Below, one piece after another: positions 1 to 13,800 of a stretch of DNA of 64,000 bases. The position numbers and the translations under genes were made by a program. The notes beneath the pieces were generated by a model. It was given only the letters and a program-made list of their open reading frames with translations. It searched no databases and was not told the DNA's origin. This DNA is from Macrostomum hystrix (lineage: Eukaryota; Animalia; Platyhelminthes), in assembly GCA_950097015.1 (NCBI GenBank), contig CATNEN010000015.1, forward strand, positions 868,001 through 932,000, in the 5' to 3' direction. Each line of letters begins with the position of its first letter. Position 1 is the stretch's first letter.

Positions 1-810
1 GGATGGGTAATCACTGACTACGAATGGGTAATCACTGACTAGGGATGGGTAATCACTGACTAGGGATGAGTAATCGCTGACCACGGATGGGTAATCACTG
101 ACTACGAATGGGTAATCACTGACTAGGGATGGGTAATCGCTGACTAGGGATGGGTAATCACTTACTGCGGATGGGTAATCACTGACTACGAATGGGTAAT
201 CACTGACTACGGATGGGTAATCACTGACTACGGATGGGTAATCACTGACTACGAATGGGTAATCACTGACTACGGATGGGTAATCACTGACTACGGATGG
301 GTAATCACTGACTACGGATGGGTAATCACTGACTAGGGATGAGTAATCGCTGACCACGGATGGGTAATCACTGACTAGGGATGGGTAATCACTGACTAGG
401 GATGAGTAATCGCTGACTACGAATGGGTAATCACTGACTAGGGATGGGTAATCGCTGACTAGGGATGGGTAATCACTTACTGCGGATGGGTAGTCACTGA
501 CTACGGATGGGTAATCACTGACTACGGATGGGTAATCACTTACTGCGGATGGGTAATCACTGACTACGAATGGGTAATCACTGACTACGGATGGGTAATC
601 ACTGACTACGGATGGGTAATCACTGACTACGAATGGGTAATCACTGACTACGGATGGGTAATCACTGACTACGGATGGGTAATCACTGACTACGGATGGG
701 TAATCACTGACTACGGATGGGTAATCACTGACTAGGGATGAGTAATCGCTGACCACGGATGGGTAATCAAAGACTCAGTGATTCCTAGGAATTGGTAATC
801 ACTGACTAGG
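1..810. repeat. 21-bp minisatellite (ggatgggtaatcactgactac) in an upstream intron of the WDR34-like gene
   Basis: Roughly 37 tandem copies visible from base 1, decaying near 770-810; an acceptor (ttcag) follows at 917-921. Confidence 0.95.
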
Positions 811-921
811 GATGTGTTACTGAGGGTAATAAGTGAGCTCTAAGGGTTAGCGACTGACTCTCAAGAAGTAACTTGTTGCTCCTGGCGATCTAAAACGATT
901 TCAATATTCGTCACTCTTCAG

Positions 922-3736
922 TCGCTGCGTCGCCTCGAGCCGCTGATGTGCCGCGAACTCGAGCGCGCCTCCCGGAGCACCGCGTTCGAGGGCCGCGGCT
1001 TCGGCGGCCGCGGCGGCGTCGGCAGCGTCGGCGGCAGCTCCGACACGGCACCGCTTCGCCTGTCGGTGGCGTGCGCCGGTGGCAGTCCCGAGCACGACTC
1101 CATGCCGGTGTCCGCCCTGAGCTGGAGCGCTACCGGGGCCTTCGTGGCCGCCGCTCTCGGCCGCTCCGATCATCAGGACTGGTGCCTGCACAGGGGCGCC
1201 GTCTGTGTCTGGAATGCCGCCTCCGCGCGTGGCCAGGTGAGCAGATGAGATCTGGTACTCGAATTGAGACCAGTTGAGTAGTAGAATGGCTATGGGGTTA
1301 TTAATAATAAGAATAATATTGATTGCAGGAGGGCTGGGGGCAAGGGCACATCATTTGCTGACACTAGGCCCGCAGCCAGCGAGGAGGCAAATCTGCCCAT
1401 TTCGCTGACTCCTGAGCACACACGCACACACATATACAGTTCGCAGGCACACGCTCACATATGTGTGTACATCTAGCCTGAATTTCTCATCGTCAGGCTC
1501 TGTAGACTTTCACGATGCCTTGCCTTGGAAGTTGGCCCTCAAGGGCGTAAATTGCACGACAAGCCCCCAGGACTTCTCTACGCGGCTGCGCCCCAAAGAA
1601 ATGTGGCCTCGCCGTAGTGCCAGAGGCATACGTGTCAACCATTCTGCCACTCACCTTCCATTTGATTGGTTTCATTGAAGTTTAAAATAACCACTTTTAC
1701 TGCAGGATCGCCAGCAGCAGCAGCAGCAGAAGCCGCACGCAGTACTGGAGACCTCCAGCTGCGTCACATCGGTGCAGTATCATCCCAGCAATGCGTCCCT
1801 GCTAGCTGGCGGCAGCTTCACCGGCGAGTTGCTAATCTGGAATGTCTCAGTTGGCGATGAAGCTGAGCAGCTCATTGTCAGCTCGCTGGGCAAAACTGCA
1901 GCTGCCACCGCTCCCGACGCCGAGTCTGCCGCTGGCGGACTGGAGGTTGCTCACCGAGAGCCCATTGTGGAAGTGAGTACTGTTGGATGACGATATCACA
2001 TGGGATTATATTTGATGTAAATGTGATAGAAGGGATCATAGTAGACTGTGGGGATGTGACATGAGGGATTATAGTAGACTGCGGGGATGTGACATAGGGG
2101 ATTATAGTAGACTGCGGGGATGTGACATGGGGATTATAGTAGACTGCGGGGATGTGACATGGGGATTATAGTAGACTGCGGGGATGTGACATGGGGGATT
2201 ATAGTAGACTCTAGGGATGTGACATGAAGATTATAGTAGACTGTAGGGATGTGACATGGGGGATTATAGTTGACTCTGGGGATGTGACATGGGGATTATA
2301 GTAGACTGTGGGGATGTGACATGGGGATTATAGTAGACTGTGGGGATGTGACATTGGGGATTATAGTAGACTCTAGGGATGTGACATGAAGATTATAGTA
2401 GACTGTAGGGATGTGACATGGGGATTATAGTTGACTCTGGGGATGTGACATGGGGATTATAGTAGACTGTGGGGATGTGACATGGGGGATTATAGTAGAC
2501 TGGGGATGTGACATGACGGAATATAGTTGACTCTAGGGATGTGACGTGATGGATTATTGTTAGCTGTGGGGGTATAAACCTAGGGGTTACCCTTTTCTAT
2601 AAGGATGCAAGTGGATTAAAGTTCAGTTTAACTCTGTTAACTCTAAAGGATTACTGTTTTGCCATCTGAAGTCTTATAGTTATAGCTAAACAAAATTCTA
2701 CGCCATTCAGATCTTGTGGTTGAAGAAGTCCGCCGGCTCGTCTACACGCGACTACCTGCTTACGGTGGGTGCCGACGGTCTCCTGTTGCTATGGCAACTT
2801 GACCCTCGCAAGGCAGCACTGACTCTGGCCGGAGCAAACCGCTTGTCGGCCAAGTCGCTGCCCAAGTCCCTGCGAGTTCGCGCGTCCGGACGAGCCGGTG
2901 GCGTCGGCGTCACCTGCGCCCGGCTAGTCAGCGGCGGTCGGTCCGACTCCTCGATGGTGACGCTGGCAGTTGGCTGCGAGCCTGGCGCGGTGCTGATCTG
3001 CCGGGTGAAGTCCCGCGCTTCCAAGTCCAAGCCGTTCGATCCAAGCTCGGTGCCACGGGACCCGGAACTCGTCCGCTCCATCGACTGCGGCGGACTGGGT
3101 GTTGTGCTAGGGCTGGACTCCGTGCAGCTGCCGACTAGCTCGCCTGCGGCCGCAGCCTCTCTGTTCATTGTCAGCGGCGGCTCCGGTGCCTGCGCCTTGT
3201 ACGCTGCCGCCTCCGGCGATGGCGCGACTGCGTCATCGTCATCTTCAGCGTCAGCTTCGGCCACTTCGCAGCCGCCGCTGCTCTGTCTGGAAACCGCCGC
3301 CGGTGCGGCTTCTGGCTGTTCGACCAGTTCGGCTGCCCGGCCCGGTCTAGTTGCCATAGCAACCGAGCAAACCGGCGTGCTTGTGTACGCTCTAGGCGGC
3401 ACGGGCTCGGGCATGTCGGCGACCAGTCCCGTCGCCACGCTCAGCGCAGTTTCGGGCAGCGGGTCCGGCGGCTCAGGAGCTTCCAACTCCGAGGTGCAGC
3501 AGAAGCAGCAGCAGCGCCAGTGTGCCCAGTGTGTACAATGGAACCCCGTGAACCAGGGCTGGCTGGCTGCGGGCACCGCTGATGGTCGTCTGCTGGTGTG
3601 GCAGGAGGCGGACGGGGGTGCAGTCGGCAGCGCTGCGGGCGTCTCTGAATTCTTTGCCTCCATCACGGGCACCGGCGGCGGCGGCAGCGGTCAAGGCGAA
3701 GGCCAGGAAGGCGGTGAAGCCGGCGGCAATGAGTAG
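922..3736 (+). CDS. WDR34: WD-repeat dynein-2 intermediate chain, WDR34/DYNC2I2-like, 5'-partial; exons 922-1236, 1706-1972, 2711-3736
   Basis: Phase-0 GT-AG junctions join SLRRLEPLMCRELERASRSTAFEG, LSWSATGAFVAAALGRSDHQDW, VTSVQYHPSNASLLAGGSFTGELLIW, AHREPIVE-ILWL and LLTVGADGLLLLWQ. These match, from recall, the WDR34 motifs (SWN.TG.VVA.AYGRLDHGDW; FHP..PS.VAGGLYSGEVLVW; VLSVATDGKVLLW). Stop TAG at 3734-3736. Confidence 0.85.
1324..1660 (-). mobile_element. tRNA-derived SINE, family A (most complete 3' tail; B-box deleted)
   Basis: The minus strand starts with an A-box-like gagtggcagaatggtt. It shares body (gggggcttgtcgtgcaatttacg) and tail (gtgtgctcaggagtcagcgaaatgggcaga) with copies at 60060-60510 and 61865-62155. 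Confidence 0.7.
2010..2560. repeat. ~32-bp minisatellite (ggggatgtgacatggggattatagtagactgc) in a WDR34 intron
   Basis: Period 32 measured (attatagtag at 2101 and 2133); fills intron 1973-2710. Confidence 0.93.
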
Positions 3737-4368
3737 TGAAAGATTCCAGCTGGGCTGAGCACTGATTTCCTCTTTCACTCGAGTTCTCTACTTTTCTCCT
3801 CTCTGCCAGCTTCTTTTTATTCGCTTGTGTGAAGTGTTGTAAGTTTTCTATTCTTAACAAATCAATTATCTGACCATTCCGTCCGATCTGATCAACATTC
3901 CCACCTGCGTTTAGCAAGACTTCTTTGATCTATTTTGTTTTTTGTTAAATTTACATCAAATGAGCACTTTCCGCTAAGCCTTTGTATAATATTATTAAAT
4001 GGGATATTCAGTGATACAAAAAATTGAACTTTTTTAGCTTTCTCGATTTATTTTGTCATTTTCTTTGCTTTCTCACCTTTGCTACTGCTAGTAGTAAAAC
4101 AGTAAGATTAGTGAAATTGTTGCGCCTAACGCATTTGGGCCAAAGTGCGTTCAGCTGTTCAACCATATGAACTTCACCCAAGCCGTATATCGTGTCCTAC
4201 TCTCGCACTGAAGTCCCTAAGTTCGAATCCGCGCTTAGTTATTAGTTCTCATTAACCTGATGAAAACTGAAAATTTATGAAACTGTGTTCCAGCTAATAC
4301 CTAGGCGTCCTTCACCTGTAACGGACTTCTGCAAGCCAATTGGAAGAGAAATCCCCCAGCCTGATCCC

Positions 4369-7300
4369 ATGTCAGCTGCTAACGGCTACCCGCCGCACTC
4401 TCTGCAGCAGCCAGCAGTTCCGCCGATGTTCCCCAGCGGAGCCGCCGCAATTCCGCCCGGCTATGCCGCTCCGCCGCCTCACCCCGGCCTGCAGTCGGTG
4501 GCGGCAGCTGCTGGGGGCAAGCAGCAGTGGACTGAGCACGCGATGCCAGATGGGAAGCGCTATTATTACAACATCACCACCGGCAAAACTGTCTGGGAGA
4601 AGCCGGACGATTTGAAAACTGAAGCCGAGCTCATCATGAGCCGCTGTCCTTGGCGAGAGTTCCGCACGGAGGCTGGCAAGGTGTACTATTCGCATGCGGT
4701 CACGAACCAGTCGGTGTGGACTAAGCCGGATGAGCTCCGCGCAGCTGAGCAGCAGGCCGAGATGGCCCGGCAGAGGGCCGCCGCCGCCGTTGCCATTGAA
4801 CCGCTGCGGCACATGCAGCAGCAGCAGCCGCCTCCGCCACCGTCTCAGTCCACTGGCGGCGGCGGCTCCTCCGCCATCGAGGAGGCGATGAAGAAGACGC
4901 TGGAATCTTTCGGCGTTATTCCGCCGTCGGACCCGACTTCGACGGCTTCAGCGGGGGCCGGAGCCGACGGTCAGGGCAAGCGTGGCGGCAAGCGGAAGCA
5001 CAGAGCCTCCGAGGCTGGCACCTCTGACGATGGCGACGGCGCCGATGACGATGTTGAAGAGGTGTCGGACGAATCTGGCAACGATTCCGAGACCGGATCT
5101 GCCAGCGGCCAGAAGAAGAAGAAAAGGAAGGGCCAGGAGCAGCCGCCGCAGCAAAGCAAGGAGGACGTGTTCAAGCAGCTGCTGCGCGACCGGCGGGTTC
5201 CTTCTAGTGCCACCTGGGAGACAGCTGTGCGCATGATTCAGGAGGATCCGCGCTACTTGCAGGTCAAACACCTGCAGCACAGGCGGCAGGTCTTCAACAA
5301 CTACAAGACCCAGCGGCAGAAGGAGGAGAAAGAGGAGCAGCGGCTGAAGGTTAGATTGTATTGATTCTTTTTATCTTGTACATCTTCAATCTTGTACATG
5401 TTAGTCATGCGTGCACTTGGGTCATAAGTAGATCTTGGGTCATAAATAGATCTTGGGTCATAAGTAAATCATGGGTCAGAAGTAATATCTTGGGTTAATA
5501 AGTGCATCTTAGGTCAGAAGTACGTCTTGGGTCAGAAGTACATCTTAGGTTATTAGTGCATCTTGGATCCTAAGTGCATCTTGAGTCAGAAGTGCATCTT
5601 GAGTCAGAAGTGCATCTTGAGTCAGAAGTGCATCTTGAGTCAGAAGTGCATCTTGAGTCAAGTGCATCTTGAGTCAGAAGTGCATCTTGAGTCAGAAGTG
5701 CATCTTGAGTCAGAAGTGCATCTTGGGTCATAACAAGCACTCAAATCGATTGCGCAATCCAGGTGAAGAGGGCCCGCGAGGAACTGGAGCAGTTCATTCT
5801 GCACAAGGCGCCCATCAACTCTAGCACAAAGTACCGTGTTGCCGAGAAGATGTTCGCCGACCTGCGCGTCTGGACGGCAGTACCGGAGCGCGACCGTCGC
5901 GACATCTTCGAGGACGCGGTGCGTGAAATCGAGAAACGAGAACGCGAAAATCAGCGCGCCCTGCAGCGCCGGAACATCGAACGCTTCGGCGAGATTCTGG
6001 CTGGCATGCGCGAGATGAACTACCTCACCACCTGGACTGAGGCCCAGCAACTGCTTAGCAACAGCGACAGCTTCCGCTCCGACCGGGAACTGCTCGATAT
6101 GGACAAGGAAGACGCATTGATTTGCTTCCAGAAGCACATCACAAGGCTGGAGAAGGAAGAGGACGACAGGAAGGAGGAGAACCGCGTGAGACAGCGCCGG
6201 CAGGAGAGAAAGAACAGGGAGGCCTTCATTGTGCTGCTGGATGAGCTGCACGACCAGGTGAGATTATGGCTCAGGGATTAGTGTTGATTGCTCAGGGATT
6301 AGTGTTGATTGCTCAGGGATTAGTGTTAATTGCTCAGGGATTAGTGTTGATTGCTCAGGGATTAGTGTTAATTGCTCAGGGATTAGTGTTGATTGCTCAG
6401 GGATTAGTGTTGATTGCTCAGGGATTAGTGTTGATTGCTCAGGGATTAGTGTTGATTGCTCATGGATAAGGTTAACTATCCAAGTATTTCTTTTTGATCT
6501 GGGCTATTTGCTTCCATAACCCTCTGACTCCGCTGTCACTGTCCTCCAGGGCCGCCTCACCGCCAACTCCATGTGGAAGGACTGTTTTCGCGACATTTGC
6601 CGCGACCATCGCTTCGACCAGATGCTGTGCCAGCAGGGCTCCACGCCTCTTGACCTGTTCAAATTCTACATCGACGACCTGAAGAAGCGTTTCCCGGAGG
6701 AGAAGCGCATTGTGAAGGAGATCATCAAGGACCGCGCCTTCAGCATCGGCGCTGACACGCCGCTAGATGAGTTCCTTCGCGTCGTGGCCTCGGATGATCG
6801 TGGCCGCGCCCTGGACCCCGGCAACGTGGAGCGCAGCTTCCACAGCCTGCAGGAGAAGGCCCGCTGCATCGAGCAGGAGAAGCGGGCTGACGAGCGACGT
6901 CGGCTGCAAAGACACGCTGAAGCCTTCAAGGAGCTGCTGTTCTCGGCCGATCCCCCGGTGGACGCCAACACCAGCTGGGACACCGTCAGAGAGCGCTTTG
7001 GCTCCACCGACTGCTTCCTGGCCATCCCGCTCGAGTCAGAGCGCCTCATCGTGTTCAAGGACTTCCTGAAGAGCCTCAACGAGACCGCCACCTCCGCCGC
7101 GTCCGCCTCCGCTGCCACCGCCTCCGCGCCCAGCAAAAAGAAGAAAAAGAAGAAGGAGAAGGAGAGGGACAACACGGACAACCGGGACAAAGACCGGTCC
7201 AAGGACAAGGATCGGAAACGGGCGCGACGGGCCAGCGGCGCTGATGGCGACGGAAGCGACGAGGTCAACGAGCGCGACAAGAAGACCAAGAAGAAGAAAA

Positions 7301-7803
7301 AGAAGCACAGCCGGCACTCCGACGACCCCGATGTTGGCGGCGATGGTGGCGGCGGCGAGAAGAAAAAGAAGAAGAAGGACAAGAAGGAGAAGGAGCACAA
7401 GAAGCACCGCAAGGAGTCCAAGTCTGCCGCCGACGTCAAGTCCAGTCGGAAGCGCAAGCGAGCCGACGACGCTGCCGCTGATCCATCCGCTACTGTTGGT
7501 GAATATCCCGACGATGGCGAGGACAGCAGCGACTCCAGGCAGCGCCGGCAGTCGAAGGAGCAGCCGAAGGAGCGGGGCCATCGACAGTCTGGTGGCGGTG
7601 GCGCTTCGTCGTCCACCAAGCGAGCGCGCCGGCACTCCAGCCGCTCTTCGGATGCCTCCGTGGGCAACGGCGGCCGCGGAGATTTGAACTACGATGACGC
7701 GCCCGGGCCGTCTGGCCGGTTGAACGCCTCCGACAGTATGGACCTGAGCGAGGCCGAGCTGGAGAAGGTGCGGGCGCGCCTCCTCGCCCAGCTGCACGAC
7801 TGA
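4369..7803 (+). CDS. PRPF40A: Pre-mRNA processing factor 40 homolog (WW + FF domains), ~909 aa; exons 4369-5349, 5763-6257, 6550-7803
   Basis: Two WW domains (WTEHAMPDGKRYYYN...WEKP; WREFRTEAGKVYYSH...WTKP) and FF repeats (FKQLLRDRRVPSSATWE; IFEDAV; LDLFKFYIDDLK), then a Lys/Arg-rich tail. Phase-0 GT-AG introns; summed length 2730 nt. The start ATG is the first plausible one after a ttccag acceptor at ~4292. Confidence 0.92.
5410..5730. repeat. 18-bp minisatellite (ttgagtcagaagtgcatc) in PRPF40A intron 1
   Basis: Period 18 at 5581/5599/5617; more diverged copies lie upstream. Confidence 0.92.
6268..6465. repeat. 21-bp minisatellite (gctcagggattagtgttgatt) in PRPF40A intron 2
   Basis: About 9 copies beginning ~10 nt after the GT donor at 6258. 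Confidence 0.95.
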
Positions 7804-10800
7804 GTCCTTGCATCGAGTTGTTGCCAGTTCAGTGTTTTGTAACTTATTCTTGTTTGATCTGATTCTGTTAATATTCATAGACCGTGTTTCACTCGGCACC
7901 TTTGCCTTCACCTGTGTTCATTATGTTCCTGTTTCTCTGGGGTTGGGGCTAGCGAGATTTGATTCTGCCTGTGAGCTTTTGTGCTCAGACTAACAATATT
8001 CTGGTTTGAAAAGTACAAATTGCATTTTTTATATGTTCGTTTTTCTTCTGATATATGCAAACACGAGTGTTCAAGATTAGAGTGGGCTATTTGAATCTAA
8101 CCTTATTTAACAATAGTTTTTATAGTGACTACCAGTTGCCCCGTCGCACCTCACTACTGCTAGTAGGTGGCTCTGCAACTCTCCTGTTTTAAACAAGCAT
8201 TCTCTGGCGCATTTCCTGTTATTCGTTTGCTTTAGTTTCAATCAATTTTGAATCAAATGTGCTACCCGGCTTGCACTGATTTTGCAGAGGTCCCGTGCTC
8301 GAATCTTTGCGTTCTGTACAGTATCAGTTTGAGCATAGCCAGCTATATTTGTTTGAACATTCATAAATGAATGACTAAATAAAAGAACACAAAATCCCTG
8401 ACTGCATATTCCTATCTGACATGAGCCGCCCCCGCGTATCTGAATGTGTGCCCGCTAGCCACCCACCGATCCGTTACATCTTGTGTACTTCTTCTGACAG
8501 CCAATTGCAATGAACAAAATGCTAACAGACAAAACAAACCAGTCGGTCATCTTTGCATGCCTTCAATTCTTTTATTTTCTCTAGACTGTTCAGGGTTAGC
8601 ATAGCTAGCATAGAGGTCCGAAGTTCGAATTACAGCCAACAGGGAAACAAAGAATTGCTTTCAAAAAGACACTAAACAGTCAACAACAGCCTTCGCTATG
8701 GAATGTTATGGATTGTATGTTAACAAGGGTCTGTTGAACCCTTGCTTCAGGTGTAATTTTATTACTAACTAATGATCTTAGTGTATTATCTGTCTTTTGT
8801 TTGGATGGTTTTAATATAGAAGGATTCTTGAAATCATATTTATTCTATTTAATAGGCTTGTTGCTGTGTGAGCACATATTTATGCAACCAACTCCAATGA
8901 GCATTCGTGTTTTAAGCTTTCCCTACGAGTGAGTCACGTGCTTGCAGGTCTGGGTGCAGGAGAGAAAATCTGCGTGCGCTGTGGGATTATTCTCCCCCTA
9001 CCCCCTGACCTGACGGCAATGATTCAATGATTCCCACAATGTTCCGCCCTGCCCCCACCAATTAGTGGCTTCTATTTCTTGCTCAGGTCTTTTCTTTCGC
9101 GCCTGTCCTGTAGTCACTCCCCTTCCCCAGTTCTTACTCCTATCAGATTCTCTTCCCCTCCTGATAGCTCCAAGTTTCCGAAAGCGCTCAGTTGGTAACT
9201 AAAACTGCCCCAGTTCAGTGTGCATATGTCTGTGCACTCCTACTGTACTCATGCGCCACATCAGCGCGTTTTTTATAATCTTCTTTCAGGGCGGAAGAAG
9301 TGGGGGGGAGTGTGAGACAACTGGCACGGGAGCGTTTTGTTGGGCAGTGAGTGCATGAACACAATCTCAAAAACACAAGCTTGTATTTCTTCCACGCGTG
9401 TGTGAGTTTAGTTTGAGCTGACCCGCAATGATTATGGCTTTAGTACTCAGACGAACTTGTTTAGGGTGCCGTGGTGTTTTACTCTAGAATAATGATTTGT
9501 ACTGTAGAATAATAGCCTAGCTGATTCCTGCTCGGCAGGAGCATCTTGAGTTGTCCAAGACCCGCCGCTGCGGATTCTCCATGGCATGGAATATCATCAG
9601 GCTCTTGTGCCACTAGAGTTGCCGCCCCCACTGCTTCTTTTGTCTATCGCCAACAATGCCGGACTTGTGTCTCTGCGTGCACTTTTAACAGCTGGCCTGT
9701 CCGCTTCCATCGGCCGAGTCAGATGGCTCACATTTGCTGGGATGCGGCAAGGTAAATAGTCTAACTTATTTCCGCTGAGGTGAAATTCGAACTCCCGAGC
9801 TCCAGAAGACAAAATAGCCATTCCGCACATACTATTGAGCACACACACGCACACACACGCACACAGGTGTGTGAATATTTCATTGTCATGCGGTCCACCG
9901 CATCTGAGGGGGCTTTCAATCCTTAAGACACATTCTAGCTTTTTTCTGCCCCACTATGGTTTTCGTGAGTGAGTATACAATTCTACCACTGGCAGTTTCT
10001 TGCCAATTATTAGATAATCCATTTCTGATTGACATTATATCCTATTTCGCAGCGTATTTGCAGCTCCCAGAGTTAATACTATTTTACCGCCGATCCTGAT
10101 GTACTTTTTCACAAATGGCCCGACAGTTTTTGCTGTCAATCTACAAAATAATTCATATTTAATGACTTTTCTTCACTATTGCGGCCAGACTTGAATCTTG
10201 ACTTCCGTGCGCGTGTACTTAACCAATCTAGGCTGTAATTCTAGTTACTCCCATTAGGGCTTTGGGGCCGCCTGCTTTTGTCGCCGTCTCGTCAACAGAT
10301 TTTATGACAGGAAATTTTTACTGGTTTGGTTCGCGTTCTTGGTACGTCGGTACTGCATGGTTCCCTCTCTGCTTAGTTAGGTCGGGTTTGATGCTTTCAG
10401 ATAGTTTCATCTGTTGCAATCGGTAACAGCAGTTTACCCATGCAGGCATTCCCGGAATTCTGCAGTCCATTCCTGTACATTAAAAACTTTACATTTACCT
10501 GCGGGATTGATTTACGATTTGCTTTTAATCGCACAGGCTGTTCTGCCAGGCAGGTAGGGTAATCGATATAGATAGTTAAGGATACCGCTATAATTACTTA
10601 CGTAGGCCCCACTAATTTGTTGGCCTCTTGTTTGCCTAGTCGTCGATCATTTTAATATTGCCTTTGGTTGTCTGGGTACCGTTAGCAACTACAGCACACC
10701 CTTTATATACGTGTACGTCTTTAATTCTAGCTTTCTTGCGTTTCCTAATGGATGAATTTTCTGGTCCGGCCGCGTTTTCATTTCCTTCAGTCCACCCTCG

Positions 10801-13800
10801 CTTTTATTACTGCTGTCAGTCTTGGCTGGAATCCCTAACTGGGGGATTCTATTTTTAGACTTCATTTTTATCCTGTTGGCTTTCCATCCCATTCAATACT
10901 TGCCGCGCAAATGGCCCTCTCCTATGGCAGATATTTACTATGTTTGATTTTATATTCATCCAGCACTTTTTGAAACTCACTGCCTGCATAATTGAATATT
11001 GCTGCCTCTGCTCAAGCGGAGGTCACAGGTTAGCTGGCTGGCTGAGTTCACTGTCTCTGTTTGGGGTTGAGGGAAAGTGGGGGTTAGAGAGTCAGTGAAT
11101 CTTATGAGCCTGTACATTTCAATTGGGTCTATGCTGAGTTGCTATCCTCTGCCAATGTAGCAGTGATGGCAATTGGATAAAATTCTGGCCTTCCCACGTG
11201 GGCCGTGAGTTTTCCTGCCAGTAAGCAAGCAGTACAGTCGCCTCCCTCACGACTACCGTTGAGAGTCGTACATTTTCACCGTCCATTCATGACCTTCCCC
11301 TGTGCGTCATCCCTTGGAGGGTTGGATGTGTCCATGAGGGAGAATTTCAATCAACTCTTTCTGGCCCCACTGTCCTTCGTCTTAGTTCAGAAGACTTCAT
11401 AGAACGCCTCGCATTTCAATCCTTATTTTTCGCTGCATATAACGGACTCGAGCCAGCTCGATTAGGAATCATTTTTCCTTAGCCCCACGTCACGTGGCTC
11501 CAACGTCACCTCTAACCAGCGGAGCAGTTGCTCATCACATTTGCCGGATAAAATCGAACACATGTGCAGCATTCCCTTGTCCGCCGTCCTGTCTTAGCGA
11601 CCTAGCGAAACCTAGCTCGGATTCGATTACGTTCGTCAGCTCGGCACAATCGCAATGTTGGAACTCACATACATTTGCCAAACAGTATCCTGATCAACAA
11701 AAATCAATCGTTTTACCAAATGATCTTCAAAGAAAGTGAATCTGATAACTTTAAAGGCTGATTTAGACTTGACTGCCAGTGTACTTCTGCAAGCGGCGCT
11801 TCTATAGACACGTTTTGTTTATTCTGCACTCTTCTGAGCTTCTACTGCTTGTTGCAACCTTAACTATTGCCTTCACCACTATCTAATCGATCTAAGATAC
11901 TTATCTAACTATTACTTAAGCTCGTTTCCTCACTCTTCTCCTCAAGCACTTGGTGCCGTCCCTGTCGCTTTTTCTTCCAGCCTTGATCCTCATCTAAGTA
12001 TTCCCCTTGCCACAGCGACCCATCCTCGTCCTCGTCCTGCCTTTGCTCTTCCCGCAGTAGGCACACATCGGCCCACATTAGTGGTGTAGCCAACCAAAGA
12101 CTTTGTCCCGTCTCTCCTTCCCTCAGCCTGTCTGCATTCCGCCCTTGTGGGTGAACGCTGCGTCTCCGCCCCAGTCTCTCCTCCTTCCCCCCTCCTTCGT
12201 CTATTTGCTTCAGGCTAAAAGAAGCAGACCGCTCATTCTGCATGTTTCATAGTTTCTCATCTGCGCGCCAACACAGTGACGACTCCACAGTCTCCACTCC
12301 GTCGTGCAAAAATTCTATAATTTCTGCTTTTTTGCTTGCGTGCTTGCTTCTGCTATTCTACCACTCTTGCTGCCGAGTGTGTGAGCACTCGAGAAAGTGT
12401 CTGCTCACTCATTGTTCTGCTCTAATCAAAGAATCTCTATCGTAAAGAATTTTGGCGCGTCACTCATCACCTCGAAAACTCTCACCTAAAGCTCTGCGCA
12501 GATTTCAAGACCACTGACACTCGAATACTGCAAAACTTTTTAAAGAATTCTGCTTCCTGATACGCGCATAACCGACCGGAACAACCAAACATCTGAGCTA
12601 CTGGAATTTCTCACATATTCGGTGGGCGTCCTACAGACACCTGGCACCTGTTCTGCGACCGAAATTTTCTTCCCAGTCTGCTTCTATCTATCCGTCACTG
12701 ACCCGGACGAAATTCCATTCCGCTTCTTGCAAGCTAGTTCAATACCTATGCCTGGCGACTATTGAGGCCAAAAATACTGCGTACACAAGCTTCCAGCACC
12801 ACCCTGCCTGACTGGAACAACACCCTGCGATCTGCACATCTGGCTGCTGCCATTCGTCTGGGAGGCCCGAGCCGGACTTTCGCTCTCGCTCCTCACAAGT
12901 GGTTGCCTTCCTCATCAAATAATTGCTAGTAGCAGCTGCAGCAGTCAAAGGCATTGTGCACCTTCGGAAACAGCCAGTGCTATCTCTTCTGCGTAAACTC
13001 CCCCCTGCAAGGATCCTTGCGTTCACGGCTAGAAAACTTCAACCTGGCTTAAGGGGTAGAGGCATAAAGAATAAAAATTCATACGAGAGAGGTGTGCCAT
13101 TAAAGAAAGCCGGTATCCGCTTCATTCGTGTTTGCGTCCTGGCCGGCCTACTTCTATTCAAGGCGCATGCTCCGACTTAGCGACTCTGCTGCACTGGGAT
13201 TTTCGTCCGCAAGCTTTCAGCTCCAGCCTGCGCTTGATTAATCCCTCGGCGTCTCCTAAATCCTTCATTCCTAGCCTCACGTTTTGCCGCCACTAGTAGA
13301 AATTTTCCATCCTCTCCCTGAGTCGCTCGCCGACCAGCGACCAGCTCCCGGTTGCCCTATTCCTATCCCTCTTTCCCTAGGGCCGGCCGCCTATTTTGTG
13401 AATTCGATTTATATTCGACGGTGGCATTCGCAGCAAATCCATCTAGCCACCCCAGCTTTGGCCGGCCCGCTCTTGGCTGCGTACTCAGGCGGGTCCTTGT
13501 TGACTCATTCTCTCCCTTGCACTCTTGACGGGTAGAAAAGCTGACTGGTCGCGCGCCTCCGAGCTCTCTCTCTCCGGCCTGACCGACTGCCCGCTGCTAT
13601 CGCTGGCTTGTGTCTAGTCTCTAACAGATTTATTCTCGTCGCTCTACTATTGAAGATTCCGATCAGCAGAGAATCGCCTGTTGGATCTACTTGCGTCTGA
13701 ATAAATCCGGACTCGCTCATCGCTCATCTAATCCTAAGCAAAAGCAAGACTGGAGCATGCTTCAGGAAGTAAGATCAGTGGCGCTTCATTCATGTACGAC

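Noticed and set aside
4150-4240. Isolated B-box-like gttcgaatcc motifs here and at ~8295 and ~8620
   Set aside because: Probably decayed SINE heads, but too short to delimit or assign.
2752-7911. Long minus-strand ORFs (306, 333 and 291 aa)
   Set aside because: Antisense shadows of GC-rich WDR34 and PRPF40A exons.
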